A stretch of DNA of 64,000 bases from NCBI RefSeq assembly GCF_044704955.1, contig NC_091977.1:84568001-84632000 (forward strand), given 5' to 3'. Shown in pieces: positions 27,316 through 39,104 of this stretch. This stretch comes from Pristiophorus japonicus (Eukaryota). Positions within the stretch are counted from its first letter, which is position 1, and every line of letters starts with the position of its first letter. Position numbers and translations under genes: made by a program. The notes below the pieces were generated by a model. That model did not search any database. It was not told where the DNA came from and worked only from the letters and a program-made list of their open reading frames with translations.

Positions 27316-30300
27316 TTTAAGAAGATGCTTCAGCAACTGTGTATTGAATGTCATAAGATGTTGGTTAAACAGCTTCGGAAACATCCCTGTCAAATAAGTG
27401 AATAACTTAAGACAATCGATTACGCATTTAAATTAAGGAAGGAAAAAGTTATGAGCCTACCCCACGTGTATGCATTTTTTGGAAAATTGTACAAAATGAG
27501 TTATGTTACAAAATCCAATCTCAGTGTTTAAATTCAAACTGTAAAATATCAAAAGAAACTGGGAAAGGAAAGGCTAAAAGGATCACAAATAAGTAGGTTC
27601 AACTGTAAGATACTGATTGAAAGTTTGTAACAGCCCCTTTTTCCAGTTAAGATAATAAGGCTGATTTTACAAATGAGCACGTGGGCGCATCGATCAGGAA
27701 ATCACAGGCATGCTCCTCAGGATTTTCCATCCCAGGACTGAAAATTGTGATGGTCACACTTGTGACTTCAGGATATGAGCTCCCAGCAGCTGGAGTGCAT
27801 ATTCGTAGAATCAGTCCTAATATGTTGGCTTTGGTAATGGGTTCTAAGATGCTGACACATTTTAAATTAAAAATGATATAGTGTTTATAAAAATAAATCT
27901 ATGAGTCCTTACATAATCATTAAATCACTTTGTTGCAGTTTACATTTTAGCCTGTTGTTAATGCCACTACTGCATCGATGAAAAGAAGTTTCCACTCTGC
28001 GCTGACCCAAAATCATCAAGTTTAACTCAGAAGTCACACTACTGATGTGACTCCCTCACGTATTTTGGCTCGAGTAGTAAAACAAGCTGTCGGAGGTGGT
28101 TTCACACTTCATTGACTTTGTTGGTAGTCTGGTCACTATTTAAAAACTTAAATAGAATCTTTTTACAGTTATGAGTGTAGACATTCCCACTTGCACTCAA
28201 ATTTACCAGTAGGTGTAATTGTACAATCAGCCAAGGGCAATCTTTCAATCCAGCAGTCAGGACCAGATTTCATATTGATTGAAAAAGAACCAGTGTATTA
28301 ATAATCCAATATGCTCTGCCGCAGATGCACGTTTACAAATTCTCATGCACTGCATTTCTAATCTTGAAAGTGCCATCAAACTAAGAGGGAACGTGATGCC
28401 CATATATTTCCCACAAAGACAATAATTGGCGGCAAAGTCACCCTGGGCCATTCTCAAACACAGCTTGTTGCTCGAATCACGTCGTACCGACCAGTTCACA
28501 CACCCACCCTCTCCGCAGGGGAATGATGTGTGAGCTGAAGAGACTTTAACACAAACAAGAAAAATCATATTAAAATTTTAAATGTTTTTACTATATTAGG
28601 TGTCAAAGTTCTATATTTTTTTCCCCAAATGTATTTTCGGTCTTCTTTCTGATTTAATCTTTATTGTGTACTTTATTTTTCTTTCTGCTCCCTCTTTTTA
28701 TTGTTCTTCCATTTCTGTTTCCTGTTGCTATCCTTATCTTATATCTTCTACCTTTGTCTGCAGCTTTCTACATCTGCTAATCTATGTATTTTACCTGTTG
28801 TATAATGTTGGATCTGTATGACTGTCCTATTGCTGGAAAGAGAGCTGCCCACGCTAGGCAAACTTGTACAAGCTGCTCCTGACCTTGTGCACTGTTGTTA
28901 AGGAGGACAATAGACTCGAACATGAGGTATTGCATTATGAAACCTTGAGTCCATGTTTCTCCCGATGGAAAAGGCTGATCATCATATTTCACGCAGTACA
29001 GACACAGTGGGACTTACTCCCGTTCACATTTCAAAAAGTACAACAGATTTTTTTCATTGAAATTGGTCATTTCCATTCTGTAAAATGGTATGCAGCATAA
29101 AAAAAGTGGCCAGCATTTCACGGGGCTATGTGGGAGAACCAAATGTTTACCAAGATAGATTAAAAAAGAAATTAACTCAACATTATCACTGCTCCATCAG
29201 ATACCAAATGCTAGAGAAAATTAAAGCATAAATTATCTTTGAATGTCTAAACAGCATTTCAAAAAAAGTTTGGCTGCCTCCATTTTCAGAAAATGTACTG
29301 ACATCTTCTTTCAGCCAGTCAGAACTGCCCAACATACTGCAGGTAAAGTACAGCATTTTCAAAATGGTCTGAGATAAAACTTTCAGCACTCATAGCTTAC
29401 TGTTCAGCAGATAGAGTTGGTCAATTAGTGTAAATGTTATTTTTTTAAATTATACTATTTAGCTCAACATGTAACTGACCACTTTCAGTCCACTCTCAGG
29501 TGATTTCTGCACTCAAAATTATCACTCAAATAGCAGGAAAAATTTTAATTGTGTAAGAGACCATTCATTGGCTGCTCGTAAAAGTAATCCTATAACAAGT
29601 TAAAAATAACATTTTCACTTCCTTTTGCCACTGTCAGATCAAGCTCGATAAACAAAGCAATTCTTGCACTGACTGGAATTACACCCAGACTCTTCATTGT
29701 GACCGCACGACCACAATTCTACATCTTTTACATACCAACTTCCCCTCTTTAAAAAAAACATCTTGATAAAGAAAATTCAGGAGAAGAAGGCAAAGAAAAT
29801 TGATTCAATTATACAGAGAATAATGAATACCTGGGAGTGACTGCCAGGAAATAATCTCACTAAGGGGTTCAAATATCATAAATTCTAGGAACAAACCTTG
29901 AATGATTTATAAATCAACTTCAGAATGTAAAACTGAAATTACTGCTGGGCAATAATCCCTGTGTTATTTTCTGTGTGTATTGTGCAGTTTTAGTTTGTGT
30001 GTTCTCCTTTTTCTCTCTATTGTTAGGTTTAACTGTAGACTGAACAATTAATACATAAACTACGAGATAATGTCTTTACTGAAATATTTAAATATTGTAA
30101 CAAAATCAAGAATTTATCTGAAGTTGGTTAGATGAGAATAACAGCCAGCACATATGAGACAATATTGGGATATCTGGAATTGATGACAAAGCTGATATCC
30201 AAGTATGGGGTTTAAGAACATAAGAATTAGGAACAGGAGTAGGCCATCTAGCCCCTCAAGCCTGCTCCGCCATTCAAAAAGGTCATGGCTGATGCCACAA

Positions 30301-32124
30301 GAAAACAAAGTTTCAACAGTTTACAGTTATCTTGATCCTCAAATTAGATTACAGTCTTAAAATCCTGATAATTCTTAAAATTACATATACTGCTTATGTT
30401 TCATATGGGAGGCAGGTTTTAATTCATTTCTGCAGCAATTTTGTGTCAGCATTTTCTGTCAGTATGCAAGTTAGCTGTGAGCATGCGCCCAATCAGACAT
30501 TCAAAATTAACATAGAGGGAGTAGTGAGTATAGCTTCAATCTTACACACGCAACGAGAAATAATCTGCAGTTGATAAATAGTAAATTCTATCTCCTCTAT
30601 AATATGATGTTTAAGTACATTTATTTTATGTCGCTAATTATATTGATAGAGTAACTAAGATCCATTTTCAAAACTCATAAGTAAACATTCCCAGTCATTA
30701 TTTTAAATTGTCGAATGCTCCACATCATTTCAATTAATACAATGTATTTTTCAATCATACATATGCAATGTAATTTTAATAATTTTATAAAGTTCTAATG
30801 TTATAAAGTAGGTTAACCTCAGATTTTTTCCTAGCATTTTAATTATATGCCAAATGCTCCAACTAATATAGTAATAATTCATAAATGAACAAACTGTATT
30901 ATGCATTCTTGCTGGATTCTTTGAGTAATATCAAAAGTACCTCCACAAAATATAGTTTTGTTCTGTAAATTGCCCAGACCATTTACACTGTCGATGTTAT
31001 GGTTCTACCCCTTTCGGTAATAAGAACTATATTTCCATTTACAAAACTTCACAATGAACACAAGATTAAGATCGAATTTGCAACGGGGTGCATCACGCAT
31101 CTGTATGTAGCCCCAATGTTCAGTCTGCTATTCTAACGAGTTCCCAACTTCACCATGCTGTTGTGGGAAAAAACTGAGCCTAGACCAACTCCGTCCGCAC
31201 AAGGATGTGGGCAAAATCAGAGGAGCTGAATGTAATCCACTGCGCACACCAGGATCAGAATAACTAGGGTGGAAACCTTGGTGTAGGGTTACTGCCTACC
31301 CTCTTAGCTGCAGGATGTGCATGGTCCAAGAAAACCAGGGCATTAGGAGAGGAAAAATATTTTAAATTACTTAGGGTTTCAACTTATTTTTTTCAGAACT
31401 AAAAAAATCCAGAATGCCTAAAAACTGAAAAAAAGAATGCAAGAACGCCACATGGTTATAAAGGACTTAAGGGTGCATTTATACTACAGCTATAGCATTG
31501 GTGCAAAAGAGTTTCCACTTTGCAGTGACACTACAGTTGCAGTATAACTCCAGAGTCGGAAAAGCAGTGTGCAACCTTCTAGAAGTCATTCTCACAATGC
31601 TTCGCCAACACCAGTATTGTGCCAACCCAAGTTTAAACGTGTTGTTTGCATCCCTGAATGCTCTTTAAAAGACTCATTCACAAAACTTCTACATTTTAAA
31701 GAAGCTAAATGCCTGGGCATGTGCAGGAAATTAGAATAAACGAGGTACTGCCTATCTGGAACCCATTCCGTTCCGTAAGTTTCAGTTATGAACAGTGTTT
31801 GTTTCTAGCAGGATTTTATTTATTTAAACAGCAACAACCATCATCTTAACTCCTTGATATAATGAATATCAAAAATTTGAAATTGTGTACAATAATACCA
31901 ATCATTGCTCCAGTCTAATAACAAAGTGTTGTAACATATGTTTCAGAATATATTCCTTAAATTACTGGTTAGACAAATTGGCTATTAGGAACAAAAATAC
32001 TGCTGTAGCAACATATACTTGAACATGTTTAAATGTTGCCATAAGCTATTTAACAAATTGTTTTCAAAAGATCTCTAAATAAGACCACTTACCTCAGAAA
32101 GACTCAGAAAGGATGGATATGCAG

Positions 32125-32360
32125 CATTCTCCCAAAGAACACTGGTGGTTCCAACATTCTCCCAACAGAATATTGGTAATTCCAACATTCTCCCAACAGA
32201 ACACCGGTAATTCCAACATTCTCCCAACAGAACACCGGTAGTTGCAATATTCTCCCAAAAGAACATCGGTAGTTCCAACATTCTCCCAACAGAACATCGG
32301 TAGTTCCAACATTCTCCCAACAGAACATCGGTAGTTCCAATATTCTCCCAACAGAACATT
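32125..32360. repeat. 31-bp minisatellite, about 7.5 copies, in dmrt1 intron 2
   Basis: Unit approx. ttccaacattctcccaacagaacatcggtag; ttctccca recurs at 32127, 32157, 32188, 32219, 32250, 32281, 32312, 32343. Confidence 0.95.
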
Positions 32361-32949
32361 AGTCCCAAAGTTCCATGAATAAAAGTAATTCTCCAAAATA
32401 CGGGAAATGCGTGGAAATTAGCAAAAAAATACCTGTAAAACGCTTTGGGATGTCGTGAGGTCGTGACAGGCGCTATATAAATGCAAGTCTTTTTACCGGG
32501 ACCGGTTCGCGATGGGCTCCATGAAACCGCGCTATCAACAGTTCCGTTCGATTCCTTTATTAAACGGCTGCCTTGGTTGCAATATTTTAATCGGATTTTC
32601 AAATCAAATAGGATCTTAAACCTTTTTTTCCAATTTATACAATTTTGCCTTTATTATAAACAGCTGAAATTCGACGCTAGATCTTAACCGATTTGAAATG
32701 AGTTGGTTTGACTTTTGCAACCTGCAATTAAACGGTTTCCCCCCCCGGGAGAATTCTTTTTTGCATTTTGACACAAACTGGCTGTAGAACCGTGCAGAGA
32801 AACTTGTAAACATCACAGGCTCGAAAATGTGTCCGTTACATCCATTTTTTGCAGTGCGAAAGTGATGCAAGTTGGTGCAGTGTAACCAATTTATTGCAAA
32901 ACACTGAAAACTCTTGCTCCCGCGCGGCCCCAGCCTGCTTTGAATTTAC

Positions 32950-33130
32950 CTGACGAAGTGACCGGTGTGTTGGGGTTAGACGACAACGCGGATCCTCCGG
33001 TCCCCAGCGCGCACGAGCTGTTGGGTGTTGCGTTCTCTCTCTTGATGAGCAGCTCTGCGGCTCCAGGCAGGGGAATGGGTCGGCTAATTCCCAGCTCTTC
33101 CTCCTGAGCCTGCTGTCTCCTGAGGGCCAC
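32950..33130 (-). CDS. dmrt1: dmrt1 coding exon 2 (181 nt, end of DM recognition helix)
   Basis: [22 protein letters not shown] matches vertebrate DMRT1; acceptor tttgcag|GTG at 33130, donor CAG|gtaaat at 32950 (phase 1). Confidence 0.96.
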
Positions 33131-33267
33131 CTGCAAACACAAACAGCCAATTCACATTTGGCGGCTGTCTGAACGTGGACTTGGAACAAGTGCCACTGTC
33201 TGATCTGAGTCTCAGTTTTGGCCCATGGGTGAAAATGCAGTCTGGCTTATCGAGCAGTTAAATTTAT

Positions 33268-33422
33268 ACAAAAGCAAAATACTGCGGATGCTGGAATCTG
33301 AAATAAAAACAAGAGAATGCTGGAAATCTCAGCAGTTCAGGCAGCAGCTTTGGAGAGAAAAACGTTAACTCTCTCCAGATGCTGCCTGACCTGCTGAGAT
33401 TTCCAACATTCTCTATTTTTAG
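33268..33422. repeat. Short foldback repeat (probably Penelope-derived) in dmrt1 intron 1
   Basis: gagaatgctggaaatctcagcagttcaggcagcagc ... gatgctgcctgacctgctgagatttccaacattctc forms a long hairpin. Confidence 0.7.
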
Positions 33423-34733
33423 TTAAATTTGTAAATCGTTGTTATGACTTTGTAATTTCCATTGTAAATAGATTTCTTTCAACGAAGAAATCCGCATTCA
33501 AGGTTAAATTCAAAATCGGTAAACGACGATTTTAGATAAAGTCTAAAAAAAAGTATTTGATTTAATTTAAAAACTTGGGTGAAAATGATTTGGTTCGCAA
33601 TGGCCAAACAATAATCTCACTGCAACAAATATTTGAAATTCAGTAACCCTTCAGACCCGGTCATTAAACTCAAGATAGTACATATCGGAAACTATTTCAT
33701 GATGAATATACCATATTGCATCAGTATATATATATATAACCAAACGGGGATAAACAGCAAATTAGACAAAACGGGTATAATTTGGCGACTGCTGCAAACT
33801 CTTGAAAACGGAGCTAACTGCGGCTCAATCTTTTATCGGATGTTTGATTCGCAATAATTCAATTTCACATTCACCTTAAACGGAGTTTAACAAATCGTGA
33901 CGTTTCAGTAAACTCTTTTAAACACCAATTAACTAAATTCAGAATGTGTAGTATTTCAAATTTTAGTAAAATTCATGTTGCATTCGAATTCCAATATAAT
34001 TTTAAATCCGAGAAAAATTCAGTGGCCATTTCGCGCTGATTTTTCTCCGGGACCGGGTAGAAAAATAACAGATTTTCATAAACAGCATTAAATTCAAATA
34101 GTCGAATCGACGTTTTTGTATGCAACCCCACTGTATGAAACCCCCAATTATATGTGTTAATTGCAGATTTATGAGCTGTACACAACCTTTGAATGTCCCA
34201 ACCTTCTTAAAAGTGTTGCATAGTTTGATTCCAGTGTAGTTATATTAGAGATTTTGAAGCACGGTATTTTCTGAGCGTATGAATTGCTAAAACCCGATCG
34301 CCGCAACTGTATTTAAGTGGCAGTGACGAACATAAATCACAGAAAATCCAGACTTTAAAACCATCGCAATTAACATTATGCCATAGCGCGATGTCATTGG
34401 AATCGTCCTTTAACAATCAAGTTCATTTGAAGCGCGGATTATTTTAGATGCACTATTTATTTTAGATTTATTCATAATCGAGATTTATGAAACTCTGTAT
34501 TTTTTCCGATGCAATAGTTAGTTTAGATTTATTTGAACTGATGTTTAAATATATCTGCATTCCAGTAATCGTGCTGTCAGGAGGCTCACGCCGCAACCAG
34601 GGTTTGTTTCTAACACTGACACTTTGCACACACAGAACAGAAATCAGAAGAATTTCATATTTCCGCATGTCGCAGTTCTTCCTCGAGAGATGAAGTCGCC
34701 TATTCACCCGACCAATGTTAATACTGCAGTTAC

Positions 34734-35030
34734 CTGTGCTGCCATGACTCTCTGCCTCTCTGCGATCAGGTTGCATTTCTTACACTGGCACTCTCTCCAC
34801 ATGCAGAATCTCTTGTGTCCCTTCAGAGCCGACACGTACCCGTGATTCCTGCACCGAGCACACTTGGGCAAGCGAGGCGATTTCTTCGAAGCAGGCGACA
34901 CGGCGCCGGAGTTTAAAGCCTTGGAAAAATTCCCGTTCACACTGTTGCTGTTGGTGTTGAGAACAGACTCGCCGTCGCCCACCCCGGCTGCAGCCGATGC
35001 TGAAGACTTGGACCCAGCTCCGTTTGGCAT
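34734..35030 (-). CDS. dmrt1: dmrt1 coding exon 1 (99 codons, DM zinc-binding domain)
   Basis: MPN start; [51 protein letters not shown]; donor CAG|gtaact at the conserved phase-0 position; A at -3 of ATG. Confidence 0.97.
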
Positions 35031-35400
35031 CTTCCGATAAAAGTTATTTCTATTTTGTTTGGTTATTGTAATAACTGCTTCGTTTAATTTCGTGACTCGT
35101 TACTTCGCAATAGCGAGTTGTAACAAAGTTTTGGGGCTGCTGCTGGGAGCCGGGCTGCTGGTCGCCGACACAATCCCTGCCGCCGCTCTGAGGCGTCGAG
35201 CAGCAAATTGGCGGCTTTTTTGTTACCTTCCCAGACCCAGATAGTGGGCCACGCGGCTCCACCTCCTCGCCAGCCCATTGGCTCCCCGCATTGCCGGGCT
35301 CCCGCGCTCCAGCCCCGCCGAGGGCCCTGCATTGTTTCTCACTGCCATGCAGGAAACCGAAGCAACAGCAAGCATTCACAAGGCTTCTTGGAGAAAACTT
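35031..35400 (-). promoter_or_regulatory. dmrt1 5' UTR / proximal promoter, GC- and CpG-rich
   Basis: CpG-rich block 35140-35330; CCAAT on minus at 35277-35281; GC-box-like and GATA-like sites; TSS not determinable. Confidence 0.55.
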
Positions 35401-35689
35401 AGCCTATTTTTTTTCTCCAGATGCTGCATCTCTTTAGCCCCTTCCGTTTGTAATAACAAACTGCTAGAAAATAACAGCCGATTGTAAGAGAATTGAATTA
35501 AGTCTTTGAAAAGAAAGAATATAAAAAGGGAATAGGCAAAGGAATGGATTGGACTTCCATTGAAGAACACAGATGGGCTGTAAATTATATGTGATTCTGC
35601 AAAATCTCTTCTCTCAACAAATTAGCCAGGACGATGAAGGTCGATAAATCATCAACAAAAGCAAAGACAGCATACACAATAAATGTATT

Positions 35690-35855
35690 TAGAATAATAA
35701 ATGCATTTAAGGGGAAGCTAGATAAACACGAGGAAGAAAGGAATAAAAGGATATGCTGATAGGATTCGATGAAAGGGGTGGGTGCAGCCTTATGTGGGCC
35801 AGTTGGGCCGAATGGCCTGTTTCCGCACTGTACATTCTATGTAATTCTATGTATT
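35690..35855 (+). mobile_element. CR1-type 3' tail fragment
   Basis: gcatttaaggggaagctagataa ... ggccagttgggccgaatggcctgtttcc..ctgtacattctatgtaattctatgt. Confidence 0.65.
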
Positions 35856-35937
35856 GTATCCTGAATACCCATTTAATATTTGCAGATATTTCATACTATA
35901 ATCCTGACCACCCTCTGCCAGTTCTGAACACAAACTA

Positions 35938-37165
35938 ATCATCATCATCATAGGCAGTCCCTCGGAATCAAGGAAGGCTTGCTTCCACTCCTGAAGTGAG
36001 TTCTTTGGTGGCTGAACAGTCCAATATGAGAACCACAGACTCTGTCACAGGAGGGACAGATAGTCGTTGAGGGAAGGGGTGGGTGGGACTGGTTTGCCAC
36101 ACGCTCTTTCCGCTGTCTGCGCTTGATTTCTGCACACTCTCGGCATTGAGTCTCAAGGTGCTCAGCGCCCCCTCGGATGCACTTCCTCCACTTAGGGCGG
36201 TCTTGGGCCAGGGGCTCCCAGGTGTCAGTGGGGATATTGCACTTTATCAGGGAGGCTATGAGGGTATCCTTGTAGCGTTTCTACTGCCCACCTTTGGCTC
36301 ATTTACCGTGAAGGAGCTCCGAGTAGAGCACTTGCTTTGGGAGTCTCGTGTCTGGCATGCGAACTATGTGGCCTGCCCAGCGGAGCTGATCGAGTGTGGT
36401 CAGTGCTTCAATGCTAGGGATGTTAACTTGGACGAGGAGGCTCATGTTGGTGCACCTGTACTCCCAGGGGATTTGTGGAATCTTGCGGAGACATCATTGG
36501 TAATATTTCTCCAGCAATTTGAGGTGTCTGCTGTACATGGTCCATGTCCCTGAGCCATACAGGATGGCAGGTATTATTACAGCCCTGGAGGCCATGAGCT
36601 TGGTGGCAGTTTTGAGGGCCTGATCTTCAAACACTCTTTTCCTCAGGTGGCCGAAGGCTGCACTGGCACACTGGAGGCGGTGTTGAATCTCGTCGTCGAT
36701 GCCTGCTCCTGTTGATAGGAGGCTCCCGAGATATGGGAAGTAGTCCACAGTGTCCAGGGCCACGCCGTGGATCTTGATGACTGGGGGGGGGGGGGGAGTG
36801 CTGTGCGGTGAGGACAGGCTGGTGGAGGACCTTTGTCTTACGGATGTTTAGCGTAAGGCCTATGCTTTCGTATGCCTCAGTAAATACGTCGACTAGGTCC
36901 TGGAGTTCAGCCTCTGTATGTGCGCAGACGCAGGCGTCGTTCGCGCACTGTAGCTTGACGACAGAGGTTGGGGTGGTCTTGGACCTGGCCTGGAGATGGC
37001 GCAGGTTGAACAGGTCCCCACTGGTTCTGTAGTTTAGTTCCACTCCAGCAGGGAGCATGTTGACTGTGAAGTGGAGCATGGCGGTAAAAAAGATTGAGAA
37101 GAGGGTTGAGGCGATGGCGCAGCCCTGTTTGACCCCAGTCCGGACGTGGATTGGATCTGTGACAA
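35938..37165 (-). mobile_element. RTE-clade LINE, 5'-truncated
   Basis: TDPIHVRTGVKQGC..LFSIF, FPYLGSLLS, ILYGSGTW; (CAT)n tail at 35938-35951; about 0.9 kb upstream of dmrt1 ATG. Confidence 0.92.
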
Positions 37166-37466
37166 AGCCACACAAGCTAAATTTAGATGATGATGGCCTT
37201 TGGGCACATCTTAGTTCATTAGTCCAGAAAAACTCTACAGTCCCTCCTTGCAGCATCCAATTGTTTCTTAAATAATTCATGGCCATGTTCCACCACTACT
37301 CCATCATGAAAGCCGATTCGATATATTGATCACACTCTGTCAAGAACTTCCTGATACCTGTCTAAAATATTTCCTTTACTAGTATCAATTTATGTTCTGA
37401 TAAGGGTCTGCATCCAGAATGTTAATCTGTCTTTTTCAGAGGCTAGTTTGTATTTCTAACATTTTA

Positions 37467-38020
37467 AGCCCTGAAATTCCTGGGACTGGAAAGGGCAAAA
37501 AGTCTGATTTCCACCAGGAGGAGGGGCAGGAATTTGTGGCCGAACCTGGTTCCTCCACGATTCTGACCCATTTAATTTGGCCTTTTAAATTCCAGTAGGG
37601 AGCTTGCAGCTCACATCAAGAAACGTTTCAGGGAAATTCCTGGGATTCCATGGGTATTTCTATTAGGCCAGCCAGTCCCTTGGAAGACTTCTGAAAGGCC
37701 CCAAACCTCTACTGAACTACGGCGATCAACCCTGTAGGGAATTGATTATCTTGTCTAGAGGTTAAATTGCTCCTTTCGGAGCTGAAGACTGGAAAAAAAT
37801 GAAATGTCTTTGGACCTGTTGGGCCTCGGGGGACCTCAGGTGGAGCGGTTGTTGGCTGCTCTGCCTTACAAGTCGGCTCAGGAGCCACTTATGCACCCTT
37901 CTAGGCCTTGTCGGCTCATCCAGCCATGTCATTGATTTCCATCCTTGGGATTTGGGACAGGATTTTTAGCTTTTGGATAGGGTGGACAGGAAATCCTCTC
38001 GACCATGAAATTTGGGGTCT
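37467..38020. mobile_element. Degenerate GC-rich TIR element
   Basis: Imperfect ends agccctgaaattcc / gaaatttggggtct. Confidence 0.4.
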
Positions 38021-39104
38021 CTGTATTTGCATCAGATTTTGGTTTAATTTCTAGCTATAGCCAATGTTACATACATTGTTGGTTAATTTCTGCAGTGAAA
38101 ACACTGAATTGTATGAACCAATTGACTGTGCTATATAAAAATAGTTACAACACATGGTTGCAGTTATACAGCACAATATGACTGTATTCTAACATTGTAG
38201 TAACAATAATTGATGCGGATTTCTCCCTTTATTTTACAGAATTTGCTGAGAACTTAAGATTGGGGCTATGCTCTGTTTATGGATTGTACCAATTCTTGGG
38301 ATGTAATTGGGAAGGCTTCAGAAAGTTAATATAAAAAAATCTTTGTTATATTAGCTAACAATACACTGCAAAAGTTACTGACTTCACATTAGGACTCATT
38401 GATGGACTTTGTTAAATGCGCCTCTATGACAGCATGTTTCATGTTAATGCTGTTTAAACTGTATCAGAGCTAGTTCAACAAGCACTATCTTGTACAACTC
38501 AAGAGAATGATAATTTATAGATCCGAACAATTGAGTTGTTTTGAACATTGATTGGATTAAAGACATATTTTGAACCAAGTTCAGCCAAAGTCAGGGAATA
38601 AGTTGTTTCTGAATTTTTTGTGTTTAGCAACATTTTCAGTTGTGTTTTACATGTGTTATTATACCTGTGTACATCTGAATATAATGCTTAAACATTTGTT
38701 ATTCTTTCAACTGTTTAATGTCTATATTTTTGTAATATGATTCATAGTGACAAAAGAATAAACAAGAAGTATGTTTTGATCAGATCAGGGGCTATTTACA
38801 GACATGACAATAATTAAGTAATTCAAACTGTTTATGTGGTTGTACCTTAAAAGTGTTGCATGTCATTTCCATACTAAGTTTATTAATTTGCCTGCACCCA
38901 ACCTGCTATTTGATTGCTGATGAAGTCAATGTGGTGCTACATGAGCTAATAGCTGTTGAGTAACACTCAACAGTCCTTACGTTGGTTAGTATTGCAGCTT
39001 AATTGCAAGGGGGTGCAGCCAAGTTTCAGATCATAATTCACTATTACTATCTCTTCTTGTGCCAACCCTCTGCTACATAATAGCTGCAGGTGTCTTTGCA
39101 GCAG

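Noticed and set aside
28590-28810. T/C-rich stretch with a hydrophobic ORF
   Set aside because: Low-complexity pyrimidine-rich DNA, not a credible membrane protein
32125-32360. CRISPR array
   Set aside because: Units are head-to-tail with no unique spacers, there are no cas genes, and the context is eukaryotic; it is a minisatellite
32075-32602. Three overlapping repetitive ORFs, including GRML motifs reminiscent of the start of DMRT1 exon 3
   Set aside because: They arise from a stop-free 31-bp repeat; the conserved Tyr/Ser-rich exon 3 sequence is absent
34704-34733. C-terminal VTAVLTLVG of the ORF-track DM protein
   Set aside because: Read-through into intron 1 past the conserved donor at 34734
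35050-35379. Upstream ORFs on minus ahead of dmrt1
   Set aside because: No recognisable domain, GC-rich sequence yields chance ORFs, and TSS is unknown so uORF status cannot be supported
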